From a virus, in the IMG/VR virus record IMGVR_UViG_3300002219_000010, positions 2,837 to 66,836 of that record: 64,000 bases of DNA. One strand, given 5' to 3'. Positions 28,834 to 39,187 of this stretch are shown here, piece by piece. The position numbers and the translations under genes are program-made. Numbering within the stretch: the first letter of the stretch is position 1; each line of letters starts with the position of its first letter. A model generated the notes under the pieces. The model had not been told where the DNA came from. It worked only from the letters and a program-made list of their open reading frames with translations, and did not search any database.

Positions 28834-30285
28834 TTATAGCCTCCTGGTAAATACATAATATGGTATAACAACCGGCTTCGTGGGAGTTTCCGAGAGTTGG
28901 AACGTTATCTTTGCATCTCCATCACATCTCCAGCCATTGATTTCAACATTGCGTTCTCCCACACACTGCCGGTATGACATTGCGTCCATATAAGACCGGG
29001 TATATCCAATACCAGTAAAGCCTTTGAACATCTTTACTTCAAGCGTACTCAGGAATGCGGCTGCATGGTCGAATCCACTGTGGCTGACTAAACCCAACTG
29101 AATATGCGTGGCTACGGGAACACTCGAACCGGCTGTTACAACATGAATACTTATGTAGTAGCAGCTAACGCCATTTACGGAAATTGCTGTCCAATTAGCA
29201 GGTGGCGCAAATGTGATCCGCCCATTCTCGTAGAAGGTCCTCCCGGCAACTCCTCCATTCGTGCCATCGGTGACAGCTAGAGCTGCCCAGGAAGCGCCGT
29301 TCCAATATAATACATTGAATTCATTGTCTATGTTGGAAACTCCGCCGTCCATATATACGTCCACATGATCAAATTTTTCAGATGCGCCTAAGATCACCGC
29401 ATCATCAGCAGCAGGAACAGCTGGTAGTAAAACGGCCATACCAGTCGTCAAATCATTGCATTCTGATGTTATGTCATCATAGGTTGCGGGTGAGTCAAGC
29501 ACCCATGCCTGGTTTATGTAGGCCTCGTCAAGATCTGCCCTTAGCACCAGCTCGTAAAGGTCTCCAGATATTTCATCCGTGAAGATCAGTTCAGATGGGG
29601 TTGTATCGCTCAGGGTTATTGACCCGCCTATTTTAGCCGGGTAAACTTCCGGGGTCGTTATGTGGTTTCGATATACAGCATCCCGGAAATGCGCCTGAAA
29701 AGCCTTGGTATCGTCGGTTGTTCCAGCTATCAGTTCGAAGTAATAATTCAGTAGTGGAACCGCGTTTGCCTTTAGATCAAATCGCTTGACACTGTTGACG
29801 TATATCACTAGGTGATCATTCAGTACATCAATCCTGAAATGTCTACGATACGCATCAAGGTTGCTGCGTGTTGCATCTGCCCCATTCACGGGAAAATGAA
29901 CAACACTTTCGGCTCCTGCAATTTTGTACCTAAGCATTGCTGCGGATTGGTTTCCGGCGTTGATTTCTGCACCGAGAACAAACCAATTATCGTCGTCTAC
30001 CCACAATCTGATACCCGAAATTTGGTTATTGCTGGCAGGATCAAATGCATATAGGCTCATGATAACTTCAAACGACATCTGAGTTCCGAATCTCTGATTG
30101 GCCTGAAGATAAGATATGCCAGTGCCGCCGCCTACGCCATGCGCAGCAACCATCCAGCCAGCTGATCGGGTAAACGTCGTTCCATTGATAACAGGATCTT
30201 TCCAAAGATCAGAATCGCTATAAAAGCTATCATTGGCCACTATCGAGCTGGGCAGGGCATTGAAAGGTTCAATTCCTGTTATCAT
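28834..30285 (-). CDS. Beta-rich structural protein with a ConA/LamG-like domain
   Basis: HFRIDV...LVIYVNS; YWNGASW..L.V.DGT motif. Confidence 0.55.
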   Translation of the reverse strand: MITGIEPFNALPSSIVANDSFYSDSDLWKDPVINGTTFTRSAGWMVAAHGVGGGTGISYLQANQRFGTQMSFEVIMSLYAFDPASNNQISGIRLWVDDDNWFVLGAEINAGNQSAAMLRYKIAGAESVVHFPVNGADATRSNLDAYRRHFRIDVLNDHLVIYVNSVKRFDLKANAVPLLNYYFELIAGTTDDTKAFQAHFRDAVYRNHITTPEVYPAKIGGSITLSDTTPSELIFTDEISGDLYELVLRADLDEAYINQAWVLDSPATYDDITSECNDLTTGMAVLLPAVPAADDAVILGASEKFDHVDVYMDGGVSNIDNEFNVLYWNGASWAALAVTDGTNGGVAGRTFYENGRITFAPPANWTAISVNGVSCYYISIHVVTAGSSVPVATHIQLGLVSHSGFDHAAAFLSTLEVKMFKGFTGIGYTRSYMDAMSYRQCVGERNVEINGWRCDGDAKITFQLSETPTKPVVIPYYVFTRRL

Positions 30286-30381
30286 CTTCGATCTCCTCCT
30301 CTATTTTGATAGGAACTGGAACAGCATCTAAAATTCCCAGCAACTCACCGGGTTTGCCTTTTTCGGTGTTTCTAAATTTTT

Positions 30382-31416
30382 TCATGTTAAGCCTCCGAAC
30401 CTCGGCAAGCTGCCAACAACTCCGCGCCATATATGTGGCCCGGCCAATGGGTGTCTATCGCGATTTGTTCCGCAAAATATTATGGAATCGGCAACATTGT
30501 CTCCGTTGCTGTCTGCATGCCAGACGACACCTCCTGTAGAATATCCAAAGAAATTACTGTCGATGTTAATTGCAGACTCAGGATATTCGTGGGTGTCGTA
30601 AATATCATACGAGGTATTCTCTGCGAAGTTGTTGTGGATTATAGAATCTCCTTCGATATCGGTTGGACCTCCGGGCGGATAATAGTAGATTCCAACGTAA
30701 TTATCAAGGATATCATTTTCAGTGATTAGCGATCTCTGTGCATTTATGTGCCGACCAATACCATATCCATTGTTGGCTCCGCCGTCACCTACTCCGCTCC
30801 CCCATTTAGTAATGTAATTGTTATGGATCTTGCTGGATATTGTGTCATCGCCGATAAAAACACCTATTCCATCTACCTTATATCCGCCATCAATGTAGCA
30901 GTCATGCACATCAGCGTAATCAGCATCATCGAGCCATATTCCCCAACAACCATCGCTATTTCCGAGGATGGATAGATCATGGATTTTATGATTTAATCCC
31001 TTGAGATATAGCGCGGTGTTATGGGTATCTCCTGGTGCGACTGCCCCAGCAATTATTTCCATATTAAAGATCTCGACGTTGTTTGAATTGATCTCGATTG
31101 GAATACCCGATGCTGGGGAAATAGTTGTTCTGTTTGCACCAAGACGATCTCGGCCTTCAATTATCAACCCTTCGTATCCAGTCGGAATCACGATGTTTTC
31201 GGTGTAGTTTCCCGGAGCGACCCGTATTTTCCAGCCGGAGCTACCAGAACCAATTGCCCCCGTTATGGTCTTTTTTGGAGATGTTGCTGATAAACCATCG
31301 TTATCATCAGAAGCTCCGGGAAACGCTTGATCTACAAACAAGGTTCCGCCAGAATCTCTGCTTAAGTAGAGACTGTCAATATCAGCTCGTATTGTGGTTA
31401 TAAATAACGATGGCAT
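30382..31416 (-). CDS. Beta-helix (DUF1565/NosD-like) protein
   Basis: SDDNDGLS...PKKTI..AI...I.VAPGNYTENI; I..N.I repeats. Confidence 0.75.
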   Translation of the reverse strand: MPSLFITTIRADIDSLYLSRDSGGTLFVDQAFPGASDDNDGLSATSPKKTITGAIGSGSSGWKIRVAPGNYTENIVIPTGYEGLIIEGRDRLGANRTTISPASGIPIEINSNNVEIFNMEIIAGAVAPGDTHNTALYLKGLNHKIHDLSILGNSDGCWGIWLDDADYADVHDCYIDGGYKVDGIGVFIGDDTISSKIHNNYITKWGSGVGDGGANNGYGIGRHINAQRSLITENDILDNYVGIYYYPPGGPTDIEGDSIIHNNFAENTSYDIYDTHEYPESAINIDSNFFGYSTGGVVWHADSNGDNVADSIIFCGTNRDRHPLAGPHIWRGVVGSLPRFGGLT

Positions 31417-31417
31417 T

Positions 31418-31789
31418 TTAAGCCTCCATCAATTCTATCAGTTCTTCTTCGGTCCATACACCAGGAGAGGCATTTATTGAGAACGTGGTGGCTGCATTAT
31501 CGGAGTACAGACTGATAACTCCGACGTAAACAGCTTCTTCAGCGGGATATCCTTTACCTTGGCCAGAATCAATTCCATCTACAACCGACACGTCACGGCC
31601 ATTCGAAGAGATCTGATAATACAAGATCCCAGGGCCATGGTTCATGATGGTGATGGCTTTTGCAGGTACTCCCAGGCCGGCCAGACCATCTTCTCCATTC
31701 ATTATATCGTACCTTTTGAGGCCCGCTTCGCCAACACCGCCGCATTGTTGACGAAAAACGGCAAAAGGAACATGCCTGTACTTAAGCAT
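31418..31789 (-). CDS. Small beta-sandwich protein (possible single jelly-roll/penton-like)
   Basis: PAKAITIMNHGPGILYYQIS pattern; position within the structural operon. Confidence 0.4.
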   Translation of the reverse strand: MLKYRHVPFAVFRQQCGGVGEAGLKRYDIMNGEDGLAGLGVPAKAITIMNHGPGILYYQISSNGRDVSVVDGIDSGQGKGYPAEEAVYVGVISLYSDNAATTFSINASPGVWTEEELIELMEA

Positions 31790-31799
31790 GATTCCCTCC

Positions 31800-32873
31800 T
31801 TACATCTCGCCTATATAAATCAGGTCATTAAGCTGATGCTTCTCGATCAGTGCGTTGGCCGCAGCCTGTTCAACATCCGTTGCGTAGGCGATGCCCCATT
31901 TTTGATGATCAATGATCGTCATCTTTCGGAGACCGTATCGAACCCTTAGCCGGAGGTTGGCTGCCACCGCATTAACGGCATGGTTGTTGATAATCTCAAC
32001 TTGGAACTTTTGGCAAGCCGGGATATACATCCTCATATCAACATCAGGTAATCCCAGACCACCTGAAGGCATGCAGGCAGCATCCATTCTGACATAATTT
32101 GTCAAATCGTCCCGGCTGATGAAAATATGGCAGGCATCGTATGGATCTAAGGCTCCTGCACTTAGATTGTTTCTGACCTGGGTGGCATCTACCCCGACGC
32201 CGAGGATCACGGCTACATATCCTGGGGGAACTCTGATCCAGGCTCCAGATAAAACATGAGATCCGCCATTTGCGGGTAGACCGGGGATCTGTCTGGATAT
32301 CTCTTTAACTTCCTCAAACTGTTCCTCAACCGAGGGGTTCAGAAGGTCCTGGTGAACAGGAAGAGATCCTATCAAGGCTCGTTCGATCAGGTTCGCAGTA
32401 TCATAGATTCGGGTTTTGGCGGCATCGTCAAGCCTGCTCTCGATCATGTTTAGAGCCACTTCGGGGTCTTTGACACCCCATCTGTAGAGGTCCAGCATGT
32501 TGTAATTCCGGACCACTACGTGATATCTGGTAGTGATGTCTGCCTCAGCCCCACCTATACTTCTCTGCCTGATATATGCATAGGAGCTGGCCCTGGTCTT
32601 ATTGTAGATTGCAGGAGAGTCCTCGTTCCAGACACCGGCCTGCGCTGCTGAATATAACCTTAGAGCTTCGTCTGATTTGTCGGTGGCGATGAGAGTTTCA
32701 ATTGGATTGGCAGCGGGTCTCGTGGAGACTACATTTCGAATCTCAATCAATCTTTTGCCAAAGTTCTCGTATCGAGCGACTTCTATGCTGTTGACAGGTA
32801 CATTGACCCGGAATACTTCCGGGAGTACTTCGGTTGGATACCTGGCGTATGCCAGGTTCAAGAATGCTGTCAT
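31800..32873 (-). CDS. Candidate jelly-roll capsid protein (paralogue 2)
   Basis: ~357 aa, two beta-rich halves split by a helical insert, VPPGYVAVILGVGV strand pattern; fold is inferred only. Confidence 0.35.
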   Translation of the reverse strand: MTAFLNLAYARYPTEVLPEVFRVNVPVNSIEVARYENFGKRLIEIRNVVSTRPAANPIETLIATDKSDEALRLYSAAQAGVWNEDSPAIYNKTRASSYAYIRQRSIGGAEADITTRYHVVVRNYNMLDLYRWGVKDPEVALNMIESRLDDAAKTRIYDTANLIERALIGSLPVHQDLLNPSVEEQFEEVKEISRQIPGLPANGGSHVLSGAWIRVPPGYVAVILGVGVDATQVRNNLSAGALDPYDACHIFISRDDLTNYVRMDAACMPSGGLGLPDVDMRMYIPACQKFQVEIINNHAVNAVAANLRLRVRYGLRKMTIIDHQKWGIAYATDVEQAAANALIEKHQLNDLIYIGEM

Positions 32874-33002
32874 AATAATCATTTATGGGAGATTAATATA
32901 AAAACAAATGCGGAACAAAGTAGTACAATGTTCAATCAGGTTATTTTTATTTAATGGCCTTGTTCAACAATGTTATATATTAGGAATATAGTGGTATTAT
33001 TC

Positions 33003-33227
33003 ATGCCAATATTTAGAACTGTCAAGGCGATCCCAAGTGGAGGATCTAAGAGAATAACATTGCCCGCCGCATGGACGAAACAACATGGTGTAAAAACAGG
33101 AGATGATCTGCAATTGTTGGATCATGGGGTTTTGATAGTATTTCCACCAAAGCTAAACAGCAACTTAGACATAGATGCTCTCATGAGAGACATAAGAGCA
33201 ACTTTATTTAATTTTGTTAAAAAATAA
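33003..33227 (+). CDS. AbrB/MazE/SpoVT-family DNA-binding protein
   Basis: GGSKRITLPAAW....GVKTGDDL. Confidence 0.85.
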   Translation: MPIFRTVKAIPSGGSKRITLPAAWTKQHGVKTGDDLQLLDHGVLIVFPPKLNSNLDIDALMRDIRATLFNFVKK

Positions 33228-33243
33228 GGGGATATAATCCCCT

Positions 33244-34017
33244 CTAATTGCTGCAAGTTGGATCTTCATCGGGAGATGTGTAATACACATACAGAACGGG
33301 ATTCTGGTTATATGCAGAATCGATTGCTTCTGACAGTGCGAAATACACATCGTCCTGAATGAACTGATCTACCTGGCGAGCCTCAGTTTTTGTGGCCAAC
33401 CGAACGGCTCTGAAGTCGTCCAGATGAATCTCGCATGCTCCGATGTCAACAGTGTACTTCAGACCCAATGAGATGATAGCAGTGTCAAGCTGTGGATTCA
33501 GAAGTGCTGCCCTGACATGGGTCCAGGTATTCGCGACGAGAGCCGGTACATTGAGGGTTTCCAATGGGCTGACACATTTGGCGGTATCATCCAGCAGAAT
33601 CTGAAGATCTCCGGCGGCTGTTGCAACACTGGATTTAATCCAAAACTCAATGTGAGTAAACTTGGGCAACGCAGTACCAGGAGCTACTACCTCAGTCAGG
33701 ATCGTGCCTGCAACCCCGGCAGCAGTGATGGCAACCTTCACGGAGCTGGTCCCGACCTTGTAATCTACATTGTCAAGGCTGACAGTGTAGTTCGCGGGTA
33801 CATCTTCGTCCCATGCATCTTCGCAGTCATCGATAACTAGCGAGTCGTGGACCATGAGCGCATTTAGGAGAACGCCCTTCCCGTCAGTGACCGCTGGAGT
33901 TGCACCTACATAAATATCCCGGATGGGCTTTGAACCGGGGGGCAATCTGACCCAATAATCAGAAATGCCCTGCACCGTGGATAGACCCACGGAACTAATT
34001 GGAACTATTGCAAACAT
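33244..34017 (-). CDS. Structural protein with an inserted carbohydrate-binding (galactose-binding-like) domain
   Basis: IDDCE...HIEFWIKS...ANTWTHV...IHLDDFR pattern. Confidence 0.55.
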   Translation of the reverse strand: MFAIVPISSVGLSTVQGISDYWVRLPPGSKPIRDIYVGATPAVTDGKGVLLNALMVHDSLVIDDCEDAWDEDVPANYTVSLDNVDYKVGTSSVKVAITAAGVAGTILTEVVAPGTALPKFTHIEFWIKSSVATAAGDLQILLDDTAKCVSPLETLNVPALVANTWTHVRAALLNPQLDTAIISLGLKYTVDIGACEIHLDDFRAVRLATKTEARQVDQFIQDDVYFALSEAIDSAYNQNPVLYVYYTSPDEDPTCSN

Positions 34018-34031
34018 TTTTTGTCACCTGC

Positions 34032-35213
34032 CTATTGTAACGTGTATTCATATCCCCAGAGAGCTATTTCGAATCCTCTGACACCAGCCGCCCAAGCGGG
34101 AATTGATACACCGTTATCGGTTACCTTTACAGATCCGATTCCCTTCATGAGGGTATATGCACGAGGCAACTCAGTTGGTCCTCCACGTCTGATATCTGCA
34201 ACCAGAGATTGCTGTGGCATTACAAACGGGTTGTCGTTTGGTTCACAGTTAAAGATCATCGGGTAGCGGCTGTTGCCGTTATCAAACTTCACCTGGAACA
34301 TATTTCCATGGGGAATTACGCCAACATGAGTAAACCTGTAAAACTTCTTTTCAGTTGCCGTCCACCTGAAATTCTGGAATGGCACCTGGACATACTGACC
34401 ATCACGCACCATTTCCATTTCCTGGTTGGGGGTGGTTGGCTGGTTATTCTTGGTGTATGTGATAATCCTCTTGATCTGGGGGTCATCGGCATTCAGACCC
34501 ATATTCAGGCTGGACCACCAATCCATTGTTGCTGGGACCGATCTATCAATTACCTGCGGAGCAATGACATCAGAAATCTCAAGATCTCCCAAGACCTCAT
34601 ACTGCCTGATCTGGTTATTGGCAGCAGCGGCGGCTACCTCAGCAACTGGGGATGATCTCAGCGCGTTCAGCATCTGATCTGCACCCTTCGCGAAGGCGAT
34701 GTGAGCTTTGATCTCAAGATCAGAATTTATGACTGCATCGCCACCGTGGGCAACCGTGGGAAACTCGATCTTGAAGTTCAGGTTGTCACTTGGTCCCATC
34801 TTTATAGATGTGGTATTTGCGCCGCCACCCATCAGAAGAGCCTTGCCAAAGTTGATGCAGGCTAGACGATCCCTGAACGGGTAACTCGGGTCATTGGGTC
34901 CATCGCGAAGAGCTGGAGCCATATGCTCATTGATAGAAATATTCTCGCCGATATCATTACCACTGATAACCGGAACAATCCTCTTGATAGGAACACGCCG
35001 CCCGAAGGCATCCACACCGCCTATGACCTCCAAGCCTTCCAGCTCGGCAACCATGTCAGGGGCCAGTTCCCAGGGCTTGCTATATCTTTCCAGGCCGTGC
35101 TCCCATACATATGCCGGGTCGTCCCCGCATTGAATAGATGCTCCGGCTGTAGTACCCACTACGGAAAATGGATACTTAAAATTCAAAGTCATTCTTCCGA
35201 AACCTTTTACCAT
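34032..35213 (-). CDS. Candidate major capsid protein (double jelly-roll-like)
   Basis: ~393 aa, beta-rich, two similar halves (WELAPDMVAELEGLEV / WTATEKKFYRFTHVGV); strong own TATA at ~35262-35270; fold is inferred only. Confidence 0.4.
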   Translation of the reverse strand: MVKGFGRMTLNFKYPFSVVGTTAGASIQCGDDPAYVWEHGLERYSKPWELAPDMVAELEGLEVIGGVDAFGRRVPIKRIVPVISGNDIGENISINEHMAPALRDGPNDPSYPFRDRLACINFGKALLMGGGANTTSIKMGPSDNLNFKIEFPTVAHGGDAVINSDLEIKAHIAFAKGADQMLNALRSSPVAEVAAAAANNQIRQYEVLGDLEISDVIAPQVIDRSVPATMDWWSSLNMGLNADDPQIKRIITYTKNNQPTTPNQEMEMVRDGQYVQVPFQNFRWTATEKKFYRFTHVGVIPHGNMFQVKFDNGNSRYPMIFNCEPNDNPFVMPQQSLVADIRRGGPTELPRAYTLMKGIGSVKVTDNGVSIPAWAAGVRGFEIALWGYEYTLQ

Positions 35214-35324
35214 GTGTTTCATCCTGGTCAACCAATTGACCGATAAATAAAACAAGTTTTTTATATATAAGTGTTTTTCGTCATTTTACAAAAGGTATAT
35301 ATCCTAAAAGCCCAATTACCCAAT

Positions 35325-35489
35325 ATGAGAATAACATTTGAAATACCAGATGACATGGGATTGGAGTTTCACCAGCGATGCATTACGAAGAAAAAAAAGA
35401 TGAGCGTGGAGTTAAGGATCATGGTGGATTCCTGGCTTAGAGCCAACCCGGAAATGCCCAAACAAAAAATGAAACTGGCCCTAGAGTAG
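35325..35489 (+). CDS. Ribbon-helix-helix protein
   Basis: MRITFEIPDD...F...C......MS..LR.MV; TATA at ~35296. Confidence 0.7.
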   Translation: MRITFEIPDDMGLEFHQRCITKKKKMSVELRIMVDSWLRANPEMPKQKMKLALE

Positions 35490-35693
35490 TCGCTGAATAG
35501 CAGTAGCAGCTCGTCCGGCCATAACCTTGGCTTGCTGCAAGTCTCCATTATTGGCGAAATACAACGCGGTCTGTAGCTCACTAATACGGAGCCCATTTGC
35601 AGCAACTGTTTCATTTGCTCTTTTTATATCTGAAGCGGATATATTTTTACTCCGCAGCAATGCCGTTATTTGATTTATAGCAGTTTTATCCAT
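35481..35693 (-). CDS. Hypothetical small helical protein
   Basis: Last ORF of the minus-strand operon. Confidence 0.5.
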   Translation of the reverse strand: MDKTAINQITALLRSKNISASDIKRANETVAANGLRISELQTALYFANNGDLQQAKVMAGRAATAIQRLL

Positions 35694-35698
35694 GGTAA

Positions 35699-36520
35699 TC
35701 AGTCGATTGCTCGGCCTCCTCCACGTTGCAGAGGGGCTATTGATGCTCTTCCTGCAAATTTGGCATTTGCCACTGCTGATCCACTAACCTCGAACCCATG
35801 TTCCTTCGCGAGCTGACCAAAATTCTTGACCGTGCCGGATGCGAGAGCACCAAGAATGTTTTTCTTATCTTTATCAAGAGCCTCCTTAATGGCCAGCACA
35901 TTTTGCTGGAAGGCTGGAATATCTGTTGGGCAGACCTTATATTCGCTAACAACGTCTTCAGATATCTTTCTCCAAGCATCCTGTGTGCCACCCTCTGATG
36001 CCCACCCAGCAGCAATCGAAGATAATCCAGACACCCCGATCTTCAACAGGGCTTCTCCCAACGGCTGACAAAAAATCTTCGAAAACACATCAACGGCTGT
36101 TGGTATTACACTTGGAGTAATGACATCCCCAAGGTCAAGCTTTTTCGGGGAACCCACTGGCCTCTGATACTCCTGGATAACCGGAAGTTTGCTAACAAGT
36201 TCTTCACCCGCGTTCCGGGCCTGGCAATAAGAACATGTCTGGCCAATGTTTCCTAGTGTTGGTATTGCTAGGATGTCATCATCAGTATATGCATTGGCAT
36301 CATAAAGAACCTCAAACGGAACGAATTTTCGGGTTGCCGGGTTCTTAGCCAATTGCAGATATGTAAGAGGTCTCTTGTTTGCATCAAAAGACAACGGTTG
36401 TCGATAATCCTCCAACGCATATTCATCAAGCCCCACTCCTTCCGGAACCTCGTAAACCCGGAAAGGTTGGTCAACCAGACCGTATTTGTCGTCTGTTATA
36501 TTCCTGATCTCAAGTGCCAT
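35699..36520 (-). CDS. Hypothetical (putative virion) protein
   Basis: 273 aa, CSYC motif, AGGAG SD. Confidence 0.6.
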   Translation of the reverse strand: MALEIRNITDDKYGLVDQPFRVYEVPEGVGLDEYALEDYRQPLSFDANKRPLTYLQLAKNPATRKFVPFEVLYDANAYTDDDILAIPTLGNIGQTCSYCQARNAGEELVSKLPVIQEYQRPVGSPKKLDLGDVITPSVIPTAVDVFSKIFCQPLGEALLKIGVSGLSSIAAGWASEGGTQDAWRKISEDVVSEYKVCPTDIPAFQQNVLAIKEALDKDKKNILGALASGTVKNFGQLAKEHGFEVSGSAVANAKFAGRASIAPLQRGGGRAID

Positions 36521-36863
36521 TTCTAATCTCCTTAATTAGCTTCGATATTATATCACCCGCATGCGTCACCTTTTTAGGAGACGACGCCACGGCAATTATG
36601 AACTTGGGATATAGTGTTTCCATCACATTAAATATCCTTCCGGCTATTTCAGGATTTTCTTCTAGTGGTATATCCTGAATGGCATCTTGGAGAATAGGCC
36701 TCGCAACTTCCCATATATTCATAGACTTTATATATTTCACAGTGTGGTCTGCACCCATTACCATTGATTGTTGAAAAGCTGCTTTGATGGTCATTTCGTC
36801 TGGAAAATCATCAGCCGTGCTAAGGTGTACTGCAATGATTTGATCTAATTGTTCCAAACTCAT
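36510..36863 (-). CDS. Hypothetical protein
   Basis: Coupled ORF. Confidence 0.55.
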   Translation of the reverse strand: MSLEQLDQIIAVHLSTADDFPDEMTIKAAFQQSMVMGADHTVKYIKSMNIWEVARPILQDAIQDIPLEENPEIAGRIFNVMETLYPKFIIAVASSPKKVTHAGDIISKLIKEIRNGT

Positions 36864-38059
36864 TGCACAGCACCTGCCAACTTTTTCACCGACTCGCTGG
36901 AATCTTTCACATCTTTTGATCCGTTCTTGGAAAGCAACTGTTGACCAACTGCCACGGCTATTGTTTTAATCAACTCTTGCTGAGATTGTGCCTGGGCCTG
37001 TTTTGCTCTGGAGGCTTCTATCTGGGCCTCTGCAATCTTGTCTTCTCGTTCTCTGGCTAATTTCAGTTGTTCCATTCTATATTCATGGTCATTAGCCAGT
37101 TGAAGATCGGTGGAATCCCCCACCCTGAGATCAGCCCCAGCCTCTTTAGCCTGTTTTATAATATCGTTAATATTCATTTGGAAGCGACTGCTTTGCTGCA
37201 ATTGCGCCTCCATGGATTTCACTTTCGCTTCAAGAGCCTGGTTTTGGATATCCAGATTCTTCTGAGTAAGTTCCAAGATCTTGGATTCAAGCATGCCAGA
37301 ACTGTCTCCACCGCTCTTTTTAGCATCAACCAGTTCTTTGATCATTGCCCGATTGGTGTCCAACTCACTCTTTAACATCTCGATCTGAAGCTTATATGCC
37401 TCAACCATGGGATCTGGACCTGTCTCTCGGACTTCTCCACGGGCTTCTCGAAGCTCCTCAACACGCCTTCGGTGTTGATCTTCAAGATATTGCTGCTGCT
37501 GTCGCCATTCCTCAGACTTCTTCTGCTCCAACTGCATGCTCATCGTCATAAGACCCATCATACCTTGCATCATATCTGCAAAAGACATGGGTTGCTGCGT
37601 TTGTGTCTGAGTTGCAGCCACTGGTTGTGCAGTTGGGGTTCTCTGCATAAAAGCATTTATTAGACTATTGCCGCTGGGCATACCCAGTGATTGCCGTATG
37701 AAAGCCTCACGTTGTTCCTCGGGAAGAGCACTCGCAATCTCGCGAATATCTGCTGCCGTAAATCCTGCGGGCAGTGAGCGAAATCCCTGGTTTGTTGGTG
37801 GAGTTGTTTTGCTTTTCATGTCAGCATATTCTTCTTCAGCTTCTCTTTTTGCTTCTAGGGCGGCCTTTTTAGCATTTGTTGCGGCGGCTTTTAATAAATC
37901 AGTTTTTGCAGATTGCGTTAAAATAGCATTGGCCTCTTTTAGCAATCTAGCTGTTTCGTTATCATCTGTCTGCACGTCAATCTTAGAAGCATCATTGGCC
38001 TGTCTCACCGATTCAGTAGCTATTTCATCGGAAGATGGCCTTCCTGGTTTCTTTGCCAT
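36860..38059 (-). CDS. Long Gln/Met-rich coiled-coil protein (putative virion or scaffold)
   Basis: Extended heptads; first gene of the minus-strand operon. Confidence 0.65.
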   Translation of the reverse strand: MAKKPGRPSSDEIATESVRQANDASKIDVQTDDNETARLLKEANAILTQSAKTDLLKAAATNAKKAALEAKREAEEEYADMKSKTTPPTNQGFRSLPAGFTAADIREIASALPEEQREAFIRQSLGMPSGNSLINAFMQRTPTAQPVAATQTQTQQPMSFADMMQGMMGLMTMSMQLEQKKSEEWRQQQQYLEDQHRRRVEELREARGEVRETGPDPMVEAYKLQIEMLKSELDTNRAMIKELVDAKKSGGDSSGMLESKILELTQKNLDIQNQALEAKVKSMEAQLQQSSRFQMNINDIIKQAKEAGADLRVGDSTDLQLANDHEYRMEQLKLAREREDKIAEAQIEASRAKQAQAQSQQELIKTIAVAVGQQLLSKNGSKDVKDSSESVKKLAGAVQ

Positions 38060-38116
38060 GCTAAACTACGCGTGAGGAAAAGTATATAAATCATTTGTTG
38101 CTAGTTTACGCGTATA

Positions 38117-38338
38117 ATGTGGGCTAATGTAGACCGCCGATCGAATACGCTGATGTTAAGAGGCAGCGCCCCGGCTGAACTACTGGATGATCTTTTTGAG
38201 GCTTCTGAGTTCGCAGCAAGACTCCGACTAAGCAAAAAAGACGGTGAGTGGGCTTACATATCATTCTGTGTCAAGTTCACAACGGAGGAGCTATTGAAAC
38301 TGAAAAGACAGATGGAGGAGCCGGATGCCACAGCATGA
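38117..38338 (+). CDS. Hypothetical protein
   Basis: Leaderless ATG after the TATA at ~38082. Confidence 0.5.
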   Translation: MWANVDRRSNTLMLRGSAPAELLDDLFEASEFAARLRLSKKDGEWAYISFCVKFTTEELLKLKRQMEEPDATA

Positions 38339-38759
38339 GATACATTACAACATAGACGATATTCTTATCGGCAGAAAATTTCCACATGTTCATCAAATGA
38401 TGGACATAATGAGCAAAGAGGGGCCTAACCACAGAAGGTTTTTTCACGACGACAATGTTGTGGACGATATGCTAATAGCGACCGGAGATTTCGCGGCTGC
38501 TTGGTCCGCCAGGTATCATCTGATTGCTGATCGTATTATCCGAGATGGGGAAGTCCCGCAAGAATTGCCTGGCAACGTAAGGCAGGAGGCCATCATTGCC
38601 GAACTACTGGATCTGATGGCAAGAGGCGAAGTAGAACTGGTGGTATTCCCAGACTCCGTATTAGCAAGGCTTGTAAGTTCTATCAACAACGGGGCCGCTG
38701 CTTTGGTCGGGTCAGAAATACTACCCCCATTAAAGAAGAATTATTATATAAAAAGGTAA
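38325..38759 (+). CDS. Putative metal-binding helical protein
   Basis: H...D, HRRFFH and HLIAD motifs. Confidence 0.55.
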   Translation: MPQHEIHYNIDDILIGRKFPHVHQMMDIMSKEGPNHRRFFHDDNVVDDMLIATGDFAAAWSARYHLIADRIIRDGEVPQELPGNVRQEAIIAELLDLMARGEVELVVFPDSVLARLVSSINNGAAALVGSEILPPLKKNYYIKR

Positions 38760-38770
38760 AAGGTGATACT

Positions 38771-39187
38771 ATGTCAGAAGCTGTAGACCCTGGTGTAGCC
38801 GCTACATCCGAACCAAAAGAAGAGAAGCCCTGTGTACAATGTTTAGTTCCAGAAATCATGACCGCCTGGAACTCTGCCCGAGGTGCATGCGAGTTTGTCC
38901 CAGACGAAAAGGGACGAGAAGAATGTCGCAAAGAATTGGAGGAGATAGCTAAAGACGTTAAATCAATAAAGAAGGGATCTGAAGTTATATACAAGGCAAT
39001 AAAATCATCAAGTAATCCGGCTGCCTTTATCCAGGCCCAGATCGAGTTTGCCAAGACTCACAATGCAGCAAACACAGAAGCCATACTAAAATGGGCTGAC
39101 GAAATGGAAAAAGCTGGGAAAGAAATCCCAGAAGACATTGCCAAGATAGTTAAATTCTATCGCATACAGGCAGGTTCTCAGATATGA
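38771..39187 (+). CDS. Helical protein with a four-Cys motif
   Basis: PCVQC...ACEF...EECR; AGGTGA SD. Confidence 0.6.
   Translation: MSEAVDPGVAATSEPKEEKPCVQCLVPEIMTAWNSARGACEFVPDEKGREECRKELEEIAKDVKSIKKGSEVIYKAIKSSSNPAAFIQAQIEFAKTHNAANTEAILKWADEMEKAGKEIPEDIAKIVKFYRIQAGSQI

Noticed and set aside
24327..31416. Diversity-generating retroelement or invertible cassette acting on the adhesins
   Set aside because: No reverse transcriptase, recombinase or TR/VR repeat pair seen
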